Positions 1 to 14,572 of a stretch of DNA of 64,000 bases are shown here, piece after piece. Below the pieces are notes generated by a model. The model worked only from the letters and a program-made list of their open reading frames with translations, was not told the origin of the DNA and did no database searches. The number at the start of each line of letters is the position of its first letter. Positions within the stretch are counted from its first letter, which is position 1. This stretch comes from Octopus vulgaris (taxonomy: Eukaryota). The translations under genes were made by a program, and so were the position numbers. The stretch spans positions 20,832,001 to 20,896,000 of the forward strand of contig OX597822.1 of NCBI GenBank assembly GCA_951406725.2, in the 5' to 3' direction.

Positions 1-1559
1 CTGCTCCTAAACTTAGAGCATTTCAAGAAAAACATCAACTTTATCAGTTTCACCAGAGACTGGATCTGTAATGGTAAAGAACACAACCTTTTATTCCAGA
101 CTAAACCATATAAAAACATAATAAATAACAGACTGAAATAAAGCAAATTGATAAATGTGTGAAACTGTTAAACTTTTTTTAGCACATCAGTGGTGGATCA
201 TTTAAACTTGAAGTAAAAATAGAAGTATGTCATTAAAATTTAATTTTTAGTTATACAATAAAGCCATAATGATTTACAAATTTCAACTATTGTTCACATT
301 AACTGGTACAAAAACAAGACACGTGGCCATTTTAGGAATTTGTTTTATATTTGATTATTTTACTCTCATACCAATTAAATGCTCTTAATGTGAGATCGAT
401 TGCAAATAACATGCCTGTTTATGTATTTTTGTATGCATACACATACACACACACATGAGTATGTATGTATGAAGTGGTGGCCATTTGTATAGGAGAGAAA
501 AGTTTGCAGTAAGGATGCTTTGAGCTAAGAAATCTTTTAAAATGTGATTATCATGTTATTAACAGTACCATCAATGAAATAAAATAAAATTACCAGTGGT
601 AATAAAACTTAGGCAGAAGTGTTGTGCTAACAGCAGCACTTTAAATAAATAAAACTCTGTAATGATAATAAAATGGACAAGAAAGGAAAAAAGAGTAGTT
701 TAGCTATCCAACTGTGTATATATATGAATGACAACATAACAATGTGTATGTGTATGTGCATACTATATATAGGCTGGGAAATTAGTAAAAATACAAAAAT
801 CAAAATTATAGCAAAAACAGAAATAAAATATGATAAACAAGCAAACAATAGATTTTTTTTTCTCAATGGCTTCTCTCTTTATCCGCTATCCTTCCCTAAA
901 TATACGATTATTGCTTCTGGCACAGAAAATAATACAATAAAACAAATGTAAAGAGGTATTCCAGTACTGGAATACAAGCTTTAATAACATCATAAAAAAT
1001 TTGATGTGAATTTTTAAAGTCTAAAACTTTTTAAAGAATTTTATTTCAGCAATTAAATCTCATTTATTTATTAAATATATTTATTAGTTAAATTTTGTCA
1101 GTGACTTGAATATTAAAAAGAAAATACTAACAAATAATTTATTTATATAAGGGAATTTGGTTAATTAAATGTTGGATTTTAGCTAAAAGTTTTCCTCTAA
1201 TTTATGTTTAATTGGTTGTTCTTTAGTTCTTTCATTAGAATATGGTGTGAAAACTTTTACCTTTCTAAAAATCTCTCATTAAAGAAGGACTCCTCCTTTT
1301 TACAATATCTAACTTTGTTTTCTTATTTTTCTCTATATAATTAATGAAGAAACTTTTAGATTGTCAGAATCACCAAAGCCTTGCAGTATTTGTGCTGATT
1401 TTTAAAAAATATTTTGAGTTTAAATCCTGTTGAGGTCAACTTAGCTATTATTTCTCCAGAGTTGACAAAATAAAGTACCAGTCAAGAACTAGTGGTGGTG
1501 GTGGTGACAAGGTTGATTTCATTGACTGTCATTTTCTTCCAAATTTTTGGCCTTGTACT

Positions 1560-1995
1560 TACTAACAAATGCCAAAGCTATCTGAAACAATGACATACAG
1601 ACCAGCTGGACAAAATATTTACAACTTTTTTCTCATTGTTGATGCTCAGCTCCGTGGATATTGAAAAGAAAGTTGACTCAAATAGCTCCATCCTCTTTTC
1701 ACTATAAAACACACCTTTGGTATATCATTAACTACTGTAAGTGATCTGGGTACTGAGGATTTGAACATGCTCATAGTATATCAATCTCACTACTACCAGT
1801 TAGTAAGGAACTGGGATGAGGAAAAAAAAGTTGATTAGAAGTTCTATCTTTTCTATTTTTACCTCCAGCATATTTTCAGAATGAACTGGGAAATGGTAGA
1901 GTTTCATGAAAGGAATGGTAATATATCAACTTTGACTGTTCTGCCTGAAGATAGATTTCTGTCTGATGTTTTATTGATTGTTATCAACTTCATAT
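1560..1995 (-). pseudogene. Possible third L-protein fragment (linker region)
   Basis: VKVDILPFLS*N (cf. recalled KPKILDFDDAN) followed by NILSSWSVCHCFR*LWHLL (cf. ..TRYWQCISDFSTLM). Only two weak matches. Confidence 0.3.
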
Positions 1996-2035
1996 TTCCT
2001 TTTGGTGATAATTAATATGACAGAAAGTAAAGTAA

Positions 2036-2070
<35 letters not shown>

Positions 2071-3184
2071 CTACCACCACCACCATCATCAAATAATAAT
2101 AATAATGATAATAATAATAATGGTTTCAAATTCTGGCAAAGTACTAACAATTTTAGGAGGAGGAGGGCAATTCATTTACATTGGCTCCAGTATTCAACTG
2201 GTACTTATTTTATCAACCCTGAACGATAAAAGGCAATGTTGATCTCAGTGGAATTTGAACTCAAAAAGATCAAGAGCTGAAAGAAACACCTCTCAGCATT
2301 TTGCCCAAAATGATTCTGCCAGCAGTAATTGTATCTTCCATTAGTAAAAAACTAGAAATATTTTTTGGAAGACATACTACTTGTCTGTTATTTAATCAAT
2401 TAAACCCAGAAAATAAATGGTAAAGTTGACTTTGGCATAATTTGCATTTGGATGTAATGGGTTGCAACTTGATCTACATGGCATACATCCAACACTAATA
2501 AATCTGCCTATCCACCAAGGAACATTAACAAAAATATATATATTTATTTGTTCTAACATCCATTTTTCCATGTTAGCACAGATTAAATGATTACATTATT
2601 GAGGCATTTGTTTTATTGTTGGATAACCATTTTGTTGCCAACCCTTACTTGTTTTCCAAGTTAAACAAATTTTTCAAAGGTGTGAAGCAAGTAGACAATT
2701 TGTTGACAGATGGGACAATAACAATAACACCTGTTGTAGTGAGTGACTTTCTGAGATCTCAAATGTGAAAAAGCACATCCACACACACTCACATGCACAA
2801 ACATACACACACACACATACATGCATGCATATGTACATACTACTTACATACCTAACTACTTACCTATCTATATACATATACACACACCTACAGACATACA
2901 TATAGACACACATACAGACATATGATGTGCTTCTTCCAATTTCTGCTTACTAAATCCACTCACACAGCTTTGGGTCACACATGGCTATAGTAGAAGACAC
3001 TTGCCCAAGTCAGTGTGCTGTGGGATTGAACTTGAAACCGCAGGGTTGGGAAGCAAACTTCTTAACCACACAGCCAAACCTGCATCTGTATATGCCAATA
3101 TGGTACATGGATGTTAAATGATAATGATAATGATATATACAAACTAAAGAGGCTTTTGAATCATCATCTGTGTGTGTACGTGTA

Positions 3185-3237
<53 letters not shown>

Positions 3238-3509
3238 AAGCATGCGTGCATGTGTCAGCATGTTTGTTTATGTTTGTGCTCTTCTGAAACTTGCAAGCTA
3301 CAAGCAATGATGTCGTTATTTCTCTTGTCAACAAATCATCTCCTGGCTATATGCATCTGAAGAAATGTGAAATAAGAGATACATCACTGGAAAAACAGGC
3401 AACAAACAAAATATTAATTCCTCAATGATATATTTGCAGAACCCATGCTAACATAGAAAAACGTGCACAAAAACAAATGAAAAATGAATGTGTATATACA
3501 TACATACGT

Positions 3510-3542
<33 letters not shown>

Positions 3543-6500
3543 CACATACATATACATACACATACATACGTACATACATACATACATACATACATACATA
3601 CATACTCATATATTTGTTGTGACAAAACATAAAGCCATTTTTATAGAAGTACAGTAAGCCTATTGAATTAATTTCAGTGTATCACTGGTATTACTTTTAT
3701 AGAGATCTTGGGAGATGAAAGGGAAAGCTGATTCCAGAAACATTTGAATCATCCTCTGTGTATGTGTCTGCATACATACACACACACACACACACATATA
3801 TTTGAACCTGAACAGGGAGGTACTGATATAAGTCAAGTAATGCATCCAGTCTAGCATTGTTTACAATTACCATGAGTGGAATGTATTTGTGACCAATCCA
3901 ATATATACAAGACAAGATGAAAGAAAAAGAGAAAAAGAGGAAAACAGACAGACTAACAGTCAAAGTCAAAGAGAATTTGCAAAACAGAATACAATGCTTC
4001 ACTGATATCTTACTTAAAGACAGTAATTCTTCTTAACTTAAAGAATATTTAGGTTTGTGTGGTTTTACATTGATTTTTTTTCCTTTTCTTTTAAACATGA
4101 TAGTGGTGAGGGTGATTGTAGTGAGACTGATGAAAAAGAAGTACAGATTTAAAAATCAGAATTGAATTTATCCAACTGTGTTATGAGATTGGTGTAGCTC
4201 GAGATTCACTTTATTTGACAACGTTTTTTGCAATATATTTTCAAAGACGTTATTTTTTTCTTTCTTGGTAGCATCGGTTGGATAGTTTGAATGAATTGTT
4301 AACATAACAGATGATTTACAACTAGATGCAGTTACTAATGCCAACCACTCAACCAATAAGTGGTTGGCGTTAAATGGTAGTATCTATTTTTCTGAAAGTT
4401 TGCTTGAGGCAAGTGGAGTAATGTGTTTGTTTGAGAGAATAGTACAGCAACGTCTGTGATTATTATGTTTGATATCATTTGTATTTCAGTTAGTAGTTAG
4501 CTTCTGTCACTCACATGAAAATGTGTAAGCCTGTTGGTGCACAGCTAGTTACGTGGCCACTATTTCATAGCTTTTAACAAAAAACTTTTATAGGAGTTTA
4601 CCAACATGTACAATAGGAGACACAACAAATGACTTGGGATTTATTTAGTCTCTTCTCCATTCAATTCTTTATTAAAAGTTCCTTGTATTTGTTTTCTTTT
4701 CTTTTTTCTGAATTAAAAAATACATATGGAAGAAGCAAGGCCTGAAACCTGTAGTGGCCTACTCAGACTAGTGACTTGTGAAAATGTGAGTTGAGAAGGC
4801 TCTGCAGTAGTTTATAATTGTGGATTGTAAATATTTAGACAGGTGGAGATGAGAGAGAGGAATGTTGAATCATAAGTGAAGATCATGATCAGTATGCGAA
4901 TAGTCTTAATCCCTAATATTTATCATTATTATGAAGGTGGTGAGGTGGCAGAATCATTAGCAAACTGGGCAGAATGCTTAGCAGCATTTCATTTTTCAAT
5001 AAGTTCTGAGTTCAGATTCCACTGAGCTTGAGTTTGCCTTTCATTCTTTCTGGGTTGATAGAATAAGTACCAGTTGAACACTGTGGTCAGTGTAATTGAC
5101 TTGCCCACTCACCCCAAAATTGCTGGCTTTGTGCCAAAATGTGAAACCAATATTTCCCATTGTTGTTTGGCTTTCAGGTAGCATTAATTGTGCAAACATA
5201 TTATCAAAAGGATCCTAGCCATGTTCATCTCAACATTTTGTTGGTTATAATGTATATAGGACTGTTTATACAAGGGGTAGTGAGCTGGCAGAATCATTAG
5301 CATGCAGGATGAAATGCTTAGTGGTATTTTGCCCGTTGCTACATTCTGAGTTCAAATTCCACCAAGGTTGACTTTGCCTTTCTTCCTTTCGGGGTTGGTA
5401 AAACAAGTACCAGTGAAACACTGGGGTCAATGTAATCAACTAGTCCCCTCCCCCAAAATTTCAGGCCTTGTGCCTATAGTAGAAAAGATTATTCAATTTG
5501 CCCATTTTTAATATAGTATATTTGATTTCAAGGAGATTTAGATATCATTTTTCAGCTATGACCATCTCATCCTTCTCCCGAATATATTAACAGCACATCT
5601 AGGACTACACTATCCAGTCCTTTTACAAATTGGTGGGCTGTAAATAAATGGAGATTTGGTTGCTATTTCTAGCAGGTTAAGTAATCCCATAGAAGTTTCC
5701 TTCCTCTCAACATCATAAATGCTGATGGATCAACTACCCTATTGCACAATTTATATTCGTACATAACAAAGCAGGAATAAGTATCTAAATAATAACAACA
5801 ATAGTTATTAGGTAGGTGGATGTTGAATTCAGTACCATATAGGACTAAATACTGTATGTATTTGGTTACATCCCCTTGGTTATGTTTTGAGTTCAAAGCT
5901 ATTCCAATTCCACTTTGTTCTTCGTCCTTCCAATGTTAATAGAATACCAATAAAATAAGTATAATGTTGATGTGAATTGATTAATTATTTGAAGAGGGCT
6001 CTACAATATGGCCACAGTCAGTTAACTAAAACCAGCAAAAAAAAAAAATTGAATACAATAGCAAGCAATGAGAACCAATAATAGATAGAATGGAATATTT
6101 CAATTTATAAATACTATACATGATTAGGAAACTAAAACATGCAAACAATAAAGAATAAGAGTAGAATACCTTAACTCATATAACAGATGAATAATTATCA
6201 TAGTCTGTTGTAGAATTTGTTGCTATTGACGCTGGAAAATTTCCATCTTTTACAGAAAACACTTGCTGTGTTCATATAATTATCCTTTATTATTCCTTAC
6301 TATAGCTTTCCATCCTTTATCCTCTGTAATTAGAAAATTCTCACCATGATAGAATAGTTGAAAGTTTCTTAATTTATCATTTGTCAATAAAACTGCATCT
6401 ATGCTTATAAGTGTTTCTGTTGTTTTGTTATAATGTCATAATATACCTTTTCCTTTACATTCTTTCTTATTTTTTTTTTTTTTTTGTAATTATGTCAACA

Positions 6501-6549
6501 ACATTTGCTGCTTTTTCAATATTTTCAAATTCTATAGATAAATTGGATA

Positions 6550-6920
6550 GCATATTATTACCATGGTAATCGACCAAACAATAATTCATACAGTGCTCTT
6601 GTTGTTGTACAAGGTACACTTATACAGACAAAAAGTAAAAGCTGATCCAATTCATCATACCAATCTCTACCACCAGAAACAATTGTTTTCAAACATTTTA
6701 AAATTTTGCTTTGTCTTTTGACTCCAATTAATTTAGATCAGTGAAAGATTTTACTGTGATCAAATGGGTGTTGAATATTTTAAATGGGTTTTCTCTTTGT
6801 TTAGAAATTGAATACAGTTCTGGGATGTAAATTGTAGTCCATTATCAATTTTTATATTCTTCTGGAATATTGAAAACAGACTTTATATTATCCAGTGCAG
6901 AATTAATGTATTTACTTATT
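6550..6920 (-). mobile_element. Ty3/Gypsy integrase core remnant
   Basis: Translates (one shift) as NIPEE/IKIDNGLQFTSQ..KYSTPI*SQ*N..GVKRQSKILKCLKTIVSGGRDWYDELDQLLLF..YELLFGR, matching the DNGxQF / E-motif / ELLFGR pattern of Gypsy integrases. Confidence 0.75.
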
Positions 6921-7927
6921 GTAGGAATTTTGCAACAAATTCTAACACAAACCCCTCTTCTGAAATAATAAACTACTACTTATTTAAGATAAAATCTGGA
7001 ATTGCTGATGATCTGTATTGGCACACTGGATCTGTAGGAAGGTTCCAAGAAGAGTTTGATCAGTTTAGTTGCCATGAGGAGAGAAAAGTCTAATATTTTG
7101 TTCTCCTGTCCATCCGATAAGGGTGAGAAAGATCTATATCTTTCTCACATGTTGTTTTTGTTACAAGCTAGTGATCAAAGTAAGAATATCCTAATGTTCC
7201 TCACTTTCAAAGGAAGAACAAAATTTTTCACTCCTCACAGCAATTCAATTCAACCACAAACTTTGCTTCTCCTACATTTAAGCTCTTCTAAATAATCACG
7301 CATCAGTATAAATTACTGATAATAATTTTGCTTGAGAAGACCTGTCAAGCCAAGTGTAATTATAGTCGTGACTGATGCTGGTGTATATAACTGACACCCA
7401 TGCCCATGTCACATGGAAGTCACCTATTGAGTGTTGGGCCTCACGGAGGCAATGTGGCCGATGCTGGTATCACATAAGTAGCACTTATATTTAAGAGATG
7501 AGGAATTATGTACATTATTTACATTTGACGGATATGTCCACAAGATGTGGACAAATATCTGTCAAATGTTAATAATGTAAATAATGTACATGCCAAATCA
7601 GTCTGGAGTTTGGTGCAGACCCTCAGCTTGTCAGCCCTGGTCAAACCATTTAACCCATACCAGCATGGACAACAGACATTAAATGTTAATGATGATGATG
7701 ATGATGAATGTCATAATAAGTTTTAGACATTCATTTTATTTGTTTATCCTTTGTAGGCCACCAAAGTTTTGTTTGTGAAACCCCTGTGGCTCTTGATAAG
7801 TCTCAATAAGACTTGTTTAGGAAAAAGCAAGTTTACTACATTATTTGTTTTGAAATTGATATTTAAATCACAATACTTAATAGTTTGTTAAAATTAGACA
7901 CTTTCTTTTATTATTTGTAAATACTGT

Positions 7928-8268
7928 TTAACAGCACCATATCCAGGACCCTTCCATGTGCTTTCTTGCACAGATATAGTTTACACCTTAGTTGTTGATG
8001 ATCGTAAAGACACTTTTTCTGTTGACAGACTAAAAAGGGCTCACATAGAAAAAACTATTTCCACAACACACACAGCATAACAAACGTGTCCCTTACACCC
8101 ACCTTCACATACTTTGACAACCAAAAGTAGTAGACATGTGCATTGGCTTAAGAATTTAACAACATTTATTACATTTGAACTGTGATATTGTTTCTGTTTT
8201 GACATTTTATGATGTATACATTCTTGTTATTTTCATTATTGTATATTGTTACCTCTGCCTGGGAGGTG
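7928..8268 (+). mobile_element. Ty3/Gypsy pol 3' end (GPY/F module) and polypurine tract
   Basis: LTAPYPGPFHVLSCTDIVYTLVVDDRKDTFSVDRLKRAHIE (7928-8050), then TKSSRHVHW (TRSGR-like), then purine-rich GGGAGGTG immediately before the LTR. Confidence 0.8.
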
Positions 8269-8789
8269 TGTAGCGACGTAGCTAGATAGTTGAAAGATCT
8301 CCCTTGCAAGAAAAGCCATAGAGTAACATCTCTTCTGTAAGCTTCTCAAAGCACTATTGCCATGAGACATGATTCTTAATTATTCAATAAGCTTGGTGTT
8401 TCCCTTGGAAATTTCTAGAATGTCTAGCACCCTTTGATAAAAAACAGCTCGCTAACACAGGTTTATGCTTCTTAGTTGATTAGACTCAGAGCCGTTCATG
8501 TTGTTGCTATGTATGACTATTTCTCTATACTCTATAGCTGAGATGACTGAAAGCCACCACTTCGCTGTTGATCTACATTTCCTATCTCTGAACTTTCTTG
8601 CATAGATTACTCCATTCAACTAGTTTCTACAGTTTGACTCTTTGTATTATCCCCGAAGGAAGAATAAATTCTATTTTTATGTAGCAAATATATTGATCCT
8701 GTATTTATTCTTTCATCTCTGTATGAACTCTTGTAATATCATACACACAACCACATCAACACCTTATACTGCCTATATATTTCTCTACA
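8269..8789 (+). mobile_element. 3' LTR of the Gypsy element (~520 bp)
   Basis: Starts TGTAG right after the PPT, ends CTACA (inverted termini), and has AATAAA at ~8663. Confidence 0.65.
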
Positions 8790-10111
8790 ATTGTTTCCCT
8801 AACCAGCTGAGTGCATTGTTTTGAGGAAAGAAGCATTTCTAACCCATTGATATCAATAAGGTTTAGAGTTGAATACTAAGCAAAAGAAAAAATATTTTCC
8901 ATCCTTGTATGAAATAAAACCATCTATTTAGTCACTGGTCAGGCATAATAGTGTAGAACTATGATCAAAAGCATCCCATTAACGATTATCCTGCATTCCT
9001 GTGGATATTATTCAGTGTGTCCATTTTTAATGATGGATAAGTGTGATTTGAAGTAATTTGATTGCTATTTCCAGCAGGTTCAGCAAAACTATAGAGGCTC
9101 CTTTGATTTCAACTGGATCTAAAATGTGTGTGTGTATGTGTGTGCAAGCATTTTGCCTGGCATGCTCACTGCCCTCAAATTCTTGGTAAATATTAACATG
9201 CATTTCAACATTATCCCAATATCCATACTTTTCACTTTTTATTTTAAAGGTTTTCTTTCTTGAAATAGCTTTGATATTTTCGTTGTTATAAGTATTATTT
9301 TGTCTAGAAGAGTATGCATATTTAATAACATAATTTCTACTACATATAGTGTATATCTATAATAATAAAAACATCTGGGACCCTATGTCTCAGTCTACAT
9401 TTGTTCTACATAGACATATACCCTCTCGGAATCAGGATGATCCTGGGGTTGAATATCTGCACTTCATTTGGTTCTTGAATATCCAGCATTGGGATCTGAT
9501 TTGTGTTGCTATTTCTAACAGGTAAAGCTTAGTTGATTCACGCCATCTTGGTTGGCATTTGTCTGATGACATCAGAGATCAAGGGGGGAGACAAATAGCA
9601 TTTACTTTGTAAATTTTTCAAGATAAGAACTTTGGGATAAATTGGCCAACAGCTGGAATTCAACTTGGGACTGGAGCAATAGAATGATTGCATTACAGAA
9701 TTAATTCTTATCCATCCTTAACCTCTGATCAAACATCACCAGGGCATATAGTCATTATGAACATAATACATTCATGCTATTTAGCCCTCCTCAGTTTTGG
9801 GCTGCAGGAGCTAGCCTAAAAGTCTGAACAAAGTGTGGGTTTTAAGCTAGTAACTTATAAAAAAAAATGTATATTTTTAACTTCAAATTGAGATTAGTTT
9901 TTGTTTACTGTTAAGCCTTCAGTTTATATGCAATGTAACTACAATTTTAAAAGCAATGGTTGTACAATTTTCAAGTGCATATGATATCTTCACTTGTGGA
10001 AACAAATGCAAAAAGTAACCAGTACAACATTTCTAACCATTGCAAGCTGCAAATATCTGATGTTGATGTCTTGCAAACAACTTGCACATGCAAGTGCTAC
10101 CAGTCAAAAGC

Positions 10112-10585
10112 TCCATATACCGGAAGCCAGCAAGTGTATGAGGTCATCAGGAGAGAATGCGCGCCGTTTCAAGGCCTACCTCTCGATGGCATCAATGTGC
10201 ACCGCCCCCCCCCCCCTCACTGATATGAGGCCCCGCTTGCTAGATCAGCTGGTTATGAAGTTAAACTCAATATCCTTCTAGCCATCGCTCATCATCTCTT
10301 TTTAACCAAATCCAGTGGCTAGCCTTCTCCACTGTAGATTGGATATCAGTCATGGTGGTATTGACTTTACGATGAGTTAGGCCTAGCGATAACAACAGTC
10401 ATCTCACACTGTGTCCAACGAACCCTCTACATCCGACTTCGATTGGAAAATGTTCCGCTTTCCAGCCTGCGTCTTCACATTCCTCGAGGAGGTTTACATA
10501 ACAGTTCAATTTTCGAGCCCGAGCGGCGTCCATATTATCTTCATGAGGAACCGTTAGCTCGACTATATTTACAACTTTCTTTAAT
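10112..10585 (-). mobile_element. 5'-truncated HERO-like non-LTR retrotransposon (restriction-like endonuclease C-terminus + 3'UTR)
   Basis: LKKVVNIVELTVPHEDNMDAARARKLNCYVNLLEECEDAGWKAEHFPIEVGCRGFVGHSVR*..VEKASHWIWLKR..: ELTVPxE, KxxxY, PIEVGCRGF and WIWLKR are typical of HERO-clade RLE domains. GC/CpG content is higher than the flanks. Confidence 0.85.
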
Positions 10586-11128
10586 TATGTGATGATATAT
10601 TTTAGGCACAGTGAATATTTACAGATGTTGTGTGAATTCTCAAACTTAACTCAAGTGGATACAATTCATTGTGGGTAACAATGCTGTAATTTTACCTGAT
10701 TCTTCATACAATTCTATTTGATGGAATCCTCTATTGTATATCAACTTTACTAAATAACCAGCCATCACTCGACCATTTTCAAGTGGTGTGTAAAAGAAAT
10801 GGTGGTTGATACACATATAAATGCACACATGCAAAAATACATACATACAAACATATATATATATGCATACATAGATACTTACATGCATGTATACATACAT
10901 ACATGCATGCATGCATACACACATACATACACAAAGAAAAAGGAGGTAGTCAGGATTCAGGTAAGAATTATTTATTTAGTGCTTTTGTCTCTTTGCAGGA
11001 TTCATTGTGAATGATTCATGATGATTCTCTCAAAGCGATGAAAGTGCTAAATAAATAGTTCTTATCCAAATCTTGACAGCCTCCGTTTTCTTAATATATA
11101 AAATCTACATACCACCTCAAACAATCTG

Positions 11129-11215
<87 letters not shown>

Positions 11216-11344
11216 CTTCATTTCTTTTTACATCCATGTTCTCATGCTAGCATGGGTTTGAAGAATATATTATTTAGGTAGAGCTTTATGGCTAGATACC
11301 TTTTTTATCTTTAGACTTTACCAGCTTTTCAAGTAAGGGGTCTT

Positions 11345-12005
11345 ACTTGCACACTAAATTTTTCACTGGACTCATTCTGACTATCATCTTGCTGACTGTG
11401 ACTCTGTCTGTGGAATGGTCATCACAAACATTTCATCTACTCTTCACATTTTCCTCAGTGACTACTAGATTACAGAGCATTGAACCTAGTCAAAACCTTC
11501 CCTATCTTGATTATTAAATATAGTGGATTACTCCTAAGTATTTCCACTGCTGTTGTCTGACAAGGGATATAGCATTGGTAAATCTTTTTCCTAGTGCAAA
11601 ACTGAACATCTCATTGAGTCTCATCCTGTTCCTAATCAATTTCACTATAAATCTTTCTGTAACTTTCATAACCTGGTCTAACATTTGTACTTTCTTTCTT
11701 TTCTAGTATTATTCATCTGCTCTTACAGCAATTTATAATTATGCTGCCATACCAGTCATTGGGTATACCTTCTTCCTGTATTACTTTATTGACTATTCTT
11801 GTAATTTATCTGTATCCTACTTTGTTAGATATATTGAAACATTTCTGTGAGTAACTCTGATGGACTGGCAGCTTTCTCTGTTATAATATCATTGATTGCT
11901 CTGTCAACATGAATTCCTGTTGGATCTACTCTTTCTCTTTCTTTTTCCCTACATTCTTCACATTTAGCAATTTCTCATTGTAGCACTGCTCTTGACATTG
12001 CAATG
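11345..12005 (-). mobile_element. RTE-clade LINE reverse-transcriptase fragment
   Basis: KAASPSELLTEMF..IVNKVIQEEGIPNDWYGSIIINCCK..LDQVMKVTERFIVKLIR..NAISLVRQ; decayed RT domains 0-3. Confidence 0.75.
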
Positions 12006-14059
12006 CAAATTCTTAAAACCCAAACTTTTTCTTTTGTTTTTATTTTGACTTCGGTACAATGAAATGGATCTAAAAAGCAAGCCATTTAACTTTTACATTA
12101 TGTTATGTTTTTTAAAGCTTATCCAAAGTAGACTTTTTTTGTCCCTGTGGCTGAAATGGTGTTGAGTGAGACTCTAGGGAAACTGAAATAATTATTTTAT
12201 CAATGAATAATTTTGGCTGGAAAAGGCCTAATTTACCCAAACCATTAAATATGACTTGAAAATTATCATGCACATAAAGGAAGTTTATGTTTAAATGAAT
12301 AAGATCCATATCCTTTGACATTTATACCAGCATTGCTTGTCCACATCCATTGATTAACAAATGTTCCAATGACAATTTTATTATGATGTTTAACATCAGT
12401 AATGAAATTTTCAATTACCTTTATTGGTTCAGAACCATAATACAATATATTATAACATCTCATTGATTTTCAAGTTATTTTTCTTGTCCTTTATCATGCC
12501 CTGTGTCTTAGCCTCAATGATGTCTATTGATTATCATGAATCAGGAAGGTGGAAGGGAATGTTACTAACAGAGCAGGTTATCATATTCTCTCATACATTG
12601 TCACTATTAACTTTAATGCTATAATGAAGTGAACTTCTGAAAATGGACATATGTCTCTGAAATTCCTGTCACTGTCATCAACATCATCACCAATGACACA
12701 TACAGTTTGTCAAGAATTTGCAACATCTGGTAAAATGTCCAATATATTGATTTTAAATTTTGGCACAAGGCCAGCAATTTTGGTGGTGGGAGTTAGCTAA
12801 CTACATTCTCCCCAGTGCTCAGCTGGTACTTATTTTTTTGACACTGAAGGGATGAAAAGTAAAGATGACCTCAGCAGAATTTGAACTCAGAATGTACAGA
12901 TGGATGAAATAAGCTAAACATTTGTAATGATTCTTCCGGCTCACTACCCTAAAATGACCAGTTTATTGACATATATTACATTGAACATTCCTTGTGGGAC
13001 ATTGAATATCTCTTGGTGCTTACTTTACTTCATAAAAATTAGGAAAGAAATATTTGTAATTGTCCAATATGTTTAAATTTAATTGCCATGCGATTTTCTA
13101 GAATTATAACAGAAACATTTCTTTCTAGTTTGTCATGATATTCTATTATTTTGAAAATATTTTTACACATTCTATTATTTATTAATCTTGAGTAATTCTA
13201 TTTAGATTATTTTCCTTCTGATATTCCTTGGATTCAATAACAATTATTTTTAATAGTTTCCATATCTTCACATCATTTTATATCCTGCATCTTTTCATGA
13301 ATTGAAAAACAATTACTTCTTCATTATAACATTTTTCAATAATATGATCAGTTACTATGACATCTTTTTGATCCTTAAAATTGCTGTATTTGGTTTGTTC
13401 ATTTAAGTGAATATAAAACTGGTCTGTGGATAAATCTTCATATTGCATAACATCATGGGAAATGTAATGTTCATAAATTGTCTTTTGGTGTTCATGGATA
13501 CAGAAGATATCAGAAATATAGAAACTGCTATTTTTACTTTATCTTTTATATTTTTCTTTTGTTTCAATAGAGCTCTTTGGATATTTATACTAGCAAATTG
13601 TAACGCTAGGGCTCTCCTCCTCATAAGCTATCAACTTTTTTTTTTACCAATAGTACAGTTTGCAAAAGACTAGCAATTTTATTCTATTTAGTGAGGTTGT
13701 TGTTAACAGTTTTAGAAAGAAAAGAAAATTTTAAATTGCATAACTAAAGTCCATTTGTTATGTCACCTACAAATAAACTAGAATTCCAAACAGCATGTCT
13801 ATATTCTATATACTTCAGTTGTCATTGTTATTTAGCTCTTAAGTCATCTCTGATCAAGCAAGCCATGTCCATCCCATCTCTTTATACATCTAGGACTACA
13901 TTTTAAACGTGTTGTTTTATTATTTTTAAGACTCTAAGTTTTAATTTCGAAAACATTTGGCTGCCATCACTAGCACATTGCATGGCATCATCAGTGTAGA
14001 CAAAACAGCTACATTGGTGCATAATCCATATATATAGAAAACATTGTAGAAAAGGTATA

Positions 14060-14570
14060 TCTCTTATTATAAAAGGCAGATTTTATCTGCCTCCCTTTGG
14101 GAGTTATACAAATCTACAATATAGGATTTCTTCAATTACAATTTACCTTGCATTTTTAAGAGTACAATGCATCGCGTCATACCAGGTCCAGTTTTTAAAA
14201 TTTAAACTCCAGTTAAGCAAAATTTACAGAAAACTCACATTCTGGTGTGTGTGTCAAATGCTTTTCTTAGTCTGGTTTACAGCACACGCAAACGCACACA
14301 CACAGTGGGCAACGAATAAAATGAAAGTAATTGACTTACTATAGTGAGTGATTCTTTCACTCTGCCTCCCACTTCCTCTTTCAACACATAGACACGCAAA
14401 TATATAAATAAAATTGTAAGCTAACGTGCGTGTGTGTGAGTGGGTGTGTGTGGGTGTGCGCGTGTGTGTGTGTGTGAGGGTGTGTGTGTGTGTGTGTGTG
14501 TGCGTGTGCATGAGTGTGTGACAGGAAAGTTTTTTACGCTGAATATAACACCTATATCCAAGTAGCAGAA
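14060..14570 (+). mobile_element. Probable non-autonomous Helitron 5' part
   Basis: Begins A|TCTCTTATTATAAAAG (same style as the element at 15732) with a GGCAGATTTTATCTGCC hairpin. I did not find a 3' hairpin-CTAG end. Confidence 0.45.
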
Positions 14571-14572
14571 AG

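Noticed and set aside
9541-9576. YY1-like CGCCATCTTG plus TCTGATG-A-CATCAGA palindrome as a promoter
   Set aside because: Short motifs only, with no CpG-rich context or associated gene.
10130-10210. Hammerhead in the HERO 3'UTR (GAAAC..CTGATGA)
   Set aside because: The required stem II pairing cannot be formed.
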